Source: Chrysomallon squamiferum | Lineage: Eukaryota > Animalia > Mollusca | Assembly (NCBI GenBank): GCA_012295275.1 | Contig: CM022678.1 | Span: forward strand, 13,082,001 to 13,146,000 | DNA length: 64,000 bases | Direction of reading: 5' to 3' | In this document: positions 59,341 to 64,000 of the stretch, in pieces | Position numbering within the stretch: position 1 is the stretch's first letter | Layout: each line of letters begins with the position of its first letter | The notes under the pieces: model-generated | The model's input: the letters and a program-made list of their open reading frames with translations, nothing else | What the model was told of the DNA's origin: nothing | The model's database searches: none | Position numbers and translations under genes: made by a program

Positions 59341-60394
59341 CTATATCTATTCTTGTTCTAATCGATCTTAATATAACTGTAACTGCTTATACTCTTTTTA
59401 ATTACGTTACTGTTGCAGTTTTTATATCATTTTTCACTGTAAAAAAGAAATAAGACTAATCATTTTCTGTTTTTAAATACTCCATTACAAATGTACTTAA
59501 GCTGTATTTCATGAATATACAAATAAATATTCCTAATACTTTACCAAACTGGACTCTTTGATGAAATCAAATCTTTTATTCAGTTTGCCTTTGAAAATAC
59601 ACGCTCTTTTTCATGTTTCCCAAGTGCCCAAAGGAATTTGAATAGAAAGAAAAATAACTCTTTTGTGAGATGAATTCAGATCACGGAAAGAAAGTGTTGA
59701 AGTGAATGTAGAGTCCAGAGAAAACAGGGCACTCCTCCACCCCAGTGACACAATACGTAAAACCTACAAGCAGGCCACGTGCAATAAGAAACGCACGTGG
59801 TAATCCCGCCAACCTATCTGCACTAATATCATCAGCTTTCATCTGCAGCTTTTTGTGACTGTTTCATTATAAAAATACAGAAACAGAAACAGAAGCAAAC
59901 AAACAGAATTAGCCTAAATGTTTTGCCAGGTAAAAAAGAATATTCTAAAAATATCTCTGAGTTTCTATTTCTCAAATAATAATAAAAATAATGAATAGGA
60001 CCATTAAAAATATGAGTAGACCATAACAGCATTAATAGGCCATAGCATGTTAAACAGAGCGTGGCGATCTGAAAACGAGACTCGGTGTTCGTTCTGCTGT
60101 GAGTGGCTGGGTTTAGATTAAGAGGGAAAGACGTAATTTGCAAAGTCTGTTTAAATGACTTACCTGTTTAAACATTTATGATTTATAAGGAATATTCAGG
60201 GCGGGGAAAGAGAAAAAGAAAGAAAGAAAGAAAGAAAAAATAATAATAACGGTCATAATAAATGAATGAAAGAATGAATGAATAAAAATGAAGAAACAAA
60301 GAAAATTGTGATCGAACGGATATAGAAAAACATACAGAAAAAAGAAACGACTGACGTATATACAGACATATAGAAATAACAGCCGAAAAACAGG

Positions 60395-60972
60395 CAGACA
60401 GACAGTCAGACAGACAGTTAGAAAGATAGTCAGACTAAAGTCAGACAGACAGTTAGAAAGATAGTCAGACTAAAGTTAGACAGACAGTTAGACAGACAGT
60501 TAGTCAGACAGAAAGATAGTGAGACTAAAGTTAGACAGACAGAAAGATAGTCAGACTAAAGTTAGACAGTTAGACAGACAGAAAGATAGTCAGACTAAAG
60601 TTAGACAGAAGTTAGACAGACAGAAAGATAGTCAGACTAAAGTTAGACAGAAGTTAGATAGTCAGAATAAAGTTAGACAGTTAGACAGACAGAAAGATAG
60701 TCAGGCTAAAGTTAGACAGAAGTTAGACAGACAGAAAGATAGTCAGACTAAAGTTAGACAGACAGAAAGATAGTCAGACTAAAGTTAGATAGTCAGACTA
60801 AAGTTAGACAGACAGAAAGATAGTCAGACTAAAGTTAGACAGACAGATAGTCAGACTAAAGTTAGACAGTTAGACAGACAGAAAGATAGTCAGACTAAAG
60901 TTAGACAGTTAGACAGACAGAAATATAGTCAGACTAAAGTTAGACAGAAGTTAGACAGGCAGACAGAAAGAT

Positions 60973-61046
<74 letters not shown>
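60395..61046. repeat. Modular minisatellite (31-bp core plus optional 8/11-bp modules) ending in (AG)n
   Basis: Core GACAGACAGAAAGATAGTCAGACTAAAGTTA interleaved with GACAGTTA or GACAGAAGTTA. Confidence 0.93.
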
Positions 61047-61050
<4 letters not shown>

Positions 61051-62709
61051 TACGTGATGATTCCCTTACTTTCTACAATTCTTTTTGACCTTTGACCCGA
61101 ATACCCACAAACTAGTGAAGAGGGAACCAGCGGCGCACTGGTAATAGGGTCGTTCACGCGGGTTAACTCCATCGAAACACTCGCAACGTTTTAATACGAT
61201 TACACGTGCACCAAGCACGCGCTAATAACTGTTACCGCGTGCATGGCTTCCGTACTATTTTCCTAACAAACGATCACCTTTTCACCAAAGTGTGTTTGTC
61301 TTGAAGAAAAGCTGGGAGATATTCGAGCGAATGTCAGATTTCGTTTGAACCGTGGTAAGAAAAATATCACGTGAAGTGAGAATCTGCCGCGACTACGAAG
61401 TGATGCCCCGAAGATGTGAGTGAACGAGGATAAAATGATAGAAAAACAATAAATAAAACATCTCTCCAAGTGGGTCTGCTCGACTACGTCGCATGACGGC
61501 GTGATGGGAAACACAACGGTGGTGACCTTATGTTACATGCATCGGCAGACAGGCTAGTGTTTGTGTGGAAATGTCAGATTTTATTTGTGTTTTTAACACA
61601 ATCAATTTGTGACGTTTTTACCTGGAATCGTCAAGTTTCTTTAGTAATTAAATATGAGGGGACGGGGTTAATGGCGCAAGAGCTGGTGAAGAAGAAGAAG
61701 AAGAAGAAGAAGAAGAAGAAAGAAGTGTGTTTCTATGAATAGAGATAGAGAGATGTGAAAACGACAGCCATTTTGATAGAGAGAGAGAAGAACTGTCAGC
61801 CATTTAGATAGATAGATAGACAAACAGATGGATAGATAGATAGACAAATTGATATAGAAAGATAGGTAGACTGATAGAGAGACAGACGGATTAGATATAT
61901 AGATAGACAGATAGACAGACAGATATATATATACATAGATAGATGGGTAGATAGATTGATAGACAAACACACAGACAGACCCACGGAGAGACAGGTAGAC
62001 GGACAGATAATTATGTAAGTACTTAGATATGCAGACAACCAGGGAGGTAGACACTTGACTGTGTTCAGAGTGAACTGATTAGTGGGCACGTGAGTGTGTG
62101 TGTGCGTCATCATCATGCGTATCTCGTAGACTGGTAGAAGAACGCAGTAGAAGAGTTGTACATTTAAACATTCTCTATTTGGTTTCGTCAGTGACAGTGA
62201 AACTAGCAGACACGTCGTTTTGAAACTGGTTCAGTCTGGTTATTTATTTTAAACTGCTAAACAGATGGGCACGTTCGAGGGGTGGGCAGTATTGGTAAAC
62301 ATAATGAAAACCAAATTTGAAATGTTTTGCTGTACTAGATATGGGAAAACATTGACTAACTACAAGGTATGGGAAACATAACTGGATAGAAGGTATGGGA
62401 GATATAATTATTGGATAGAAAGTATTGGAAACATATGAAGTTTAGAAAAATTGTTTGGGTATACGGTAATATGGGAAACACTTTCGATATAAAATAAGGA
62501 AATATGCTTTGGTAAAGTCTATGGGAAATATGAAATATACTAGTGATTAAAAACCGGATCGTCGGACACTAAGTATCATGGAACTTGACGGGAATGGTGG
62601 GCTTGGTGGGAGACAAAAGATAACAAACAAAGATAAATCAGTGGTTCTGCTCCACTGGGTCGCGGTGATGGACAACACAGCGATGACGTCATGGGCATAA
62701 ACAATGTGG

Positions 62710-62797
62710 GAAATATCTAACATACTAATGAGAAATATCTAACATACTAATGAGAAATATCTAACATACTAATGAGAAATATCTAACATACTAATGA
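62710..62797. repeat. 22-bp tandem repeat x4
   Basis: GAAATATCTAACATACTAATGA x4. Confidence 0.95.
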
Positions 62798-64000
62798 GGG
62801 ATGTAAACAATCAGGAACATGATCTAGAGCAATGTGTGGTGAACAAACATGATGGATTTCAGCCACGGAAGAAACAAAACTGATATGAAATATGGAAAAC
62901 ACGGTTGACACACTTTGTGAGAAAGCGCTTTATACGAAGTATAGGGGACATTACGAGTTATAGGTGATGAGTGGAATACTAAATAAGAGACACAACAGGG
63001 TACAGATAATTAAAGGGAAATAAGATTGGATGCAATATTGTGGTATTTGATAGGATACGATACAGAGTACAATCATTTAGTGTGGTAAGAATACGAAACA
63101 TCGGCTGAGATGGTACAATACAAAATATTGCTGGCGTAACAGAAAACACCGCGGATGTATGCCACTGTAGGATCGGGTAAATATCACTTTATTTCTGGTG
63201 GTGGGTACAACGGTGATGGGGGACGTCATGGTAAAGTTTACTCGTACATTCTTGTTTATATTCTCTGACAACCAAATTTGTTTGTTTTTTTTTTTATTTC
63301 GTGTGTTTTCTTTATTTATTTTTGCATTCGTTCACCAAATACTTTTTTTTTCTGAAAATATTTCGATAACCAGCTGTCTTTCGATAAATCCACATATTTA
63401 TGTACATAGGAGAGTTTTGTTTTCATAAAACCTCCTGGAAGTGAAATCTTTTTGATTTCCTTAATCTGTGGGTATGTAGACATTTTTAGAAAGGAGACTG
63501 AACAAAAATAAACATATAAAATGTATTGGTTCATTGTAAAATTTGAAATAAATATAAGACATATAACAATATAAAGACGTACAGACTTCTCAGTGAACAC
63601 GTGTTTACTGTGGAACACAAATGTTACTCATCTTGATGACCAATCAGAGTCGGTAACGTGCGTCTTCCGACATCTCTCTCGTATTCAACTAAATGACTCA
63701 GTGTACTGAGGAGTCTAACATTATTTTTAACAAAATATTTATTTTTACGTTATGAAGTATTAGCATCATAGAGTATTTAATTTTACTTAGACGCATGACA
63801 TTTATACGCTTTCTTTTTGCAAGAATTAAAATTGGGTTCAGGAAGATTAGAACTGACGGATCAAAGTACACAAAGGGGATTTCTAAATAACTGGTTTATG
63901 AAGAATATTATGAAGCGAAGAAAAGTCGTGTAGATAGATGAAATAATTTTGAATGTTAGGTATGTTTGTATATGTGGGTGATTGTATATGTGTGTGATTG

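Overview
AT-rich, extremely microsatellite- and minisatellite-rich eukaryotic DNA. CpG is retained and CTCF-like motifs are present, which suggests an invertebrate bilaterian (mollusc- or crustacean-like style); the species cannot be determined from sequence alone. No intact, recognisable host protein-coding gene, rRNA, tRNA or CRISPR array was found, and nearly all listed ORFs are translations of simple repeats. The window looks like a large intron or intergenic/regulatory region. Firm features: (1) an internally deleted Tigger/pogo DNA transposon (8461-9006) with both TIRs, TA flanks and a frameshifted transposase N-terminus; (2) a 329-bp TA-flanked MITE (46966-47294) whose end seeded a 33-bp minisatellite closed by a perfect hairpin; (3) at least 13 unrelated minisatellite arrays with 22-74 bp units. 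More speculative: a 55-bp array that amplifies a splice-site-flanked 33-nt microexon-like cassette, convergently oriented CTCF-like motifs, six perfect CRE palindromes, several YY1/E2F/NF-Y/ETS promoter-like islands, and a 1.5-kb Thr-rich mucin-like open frame.
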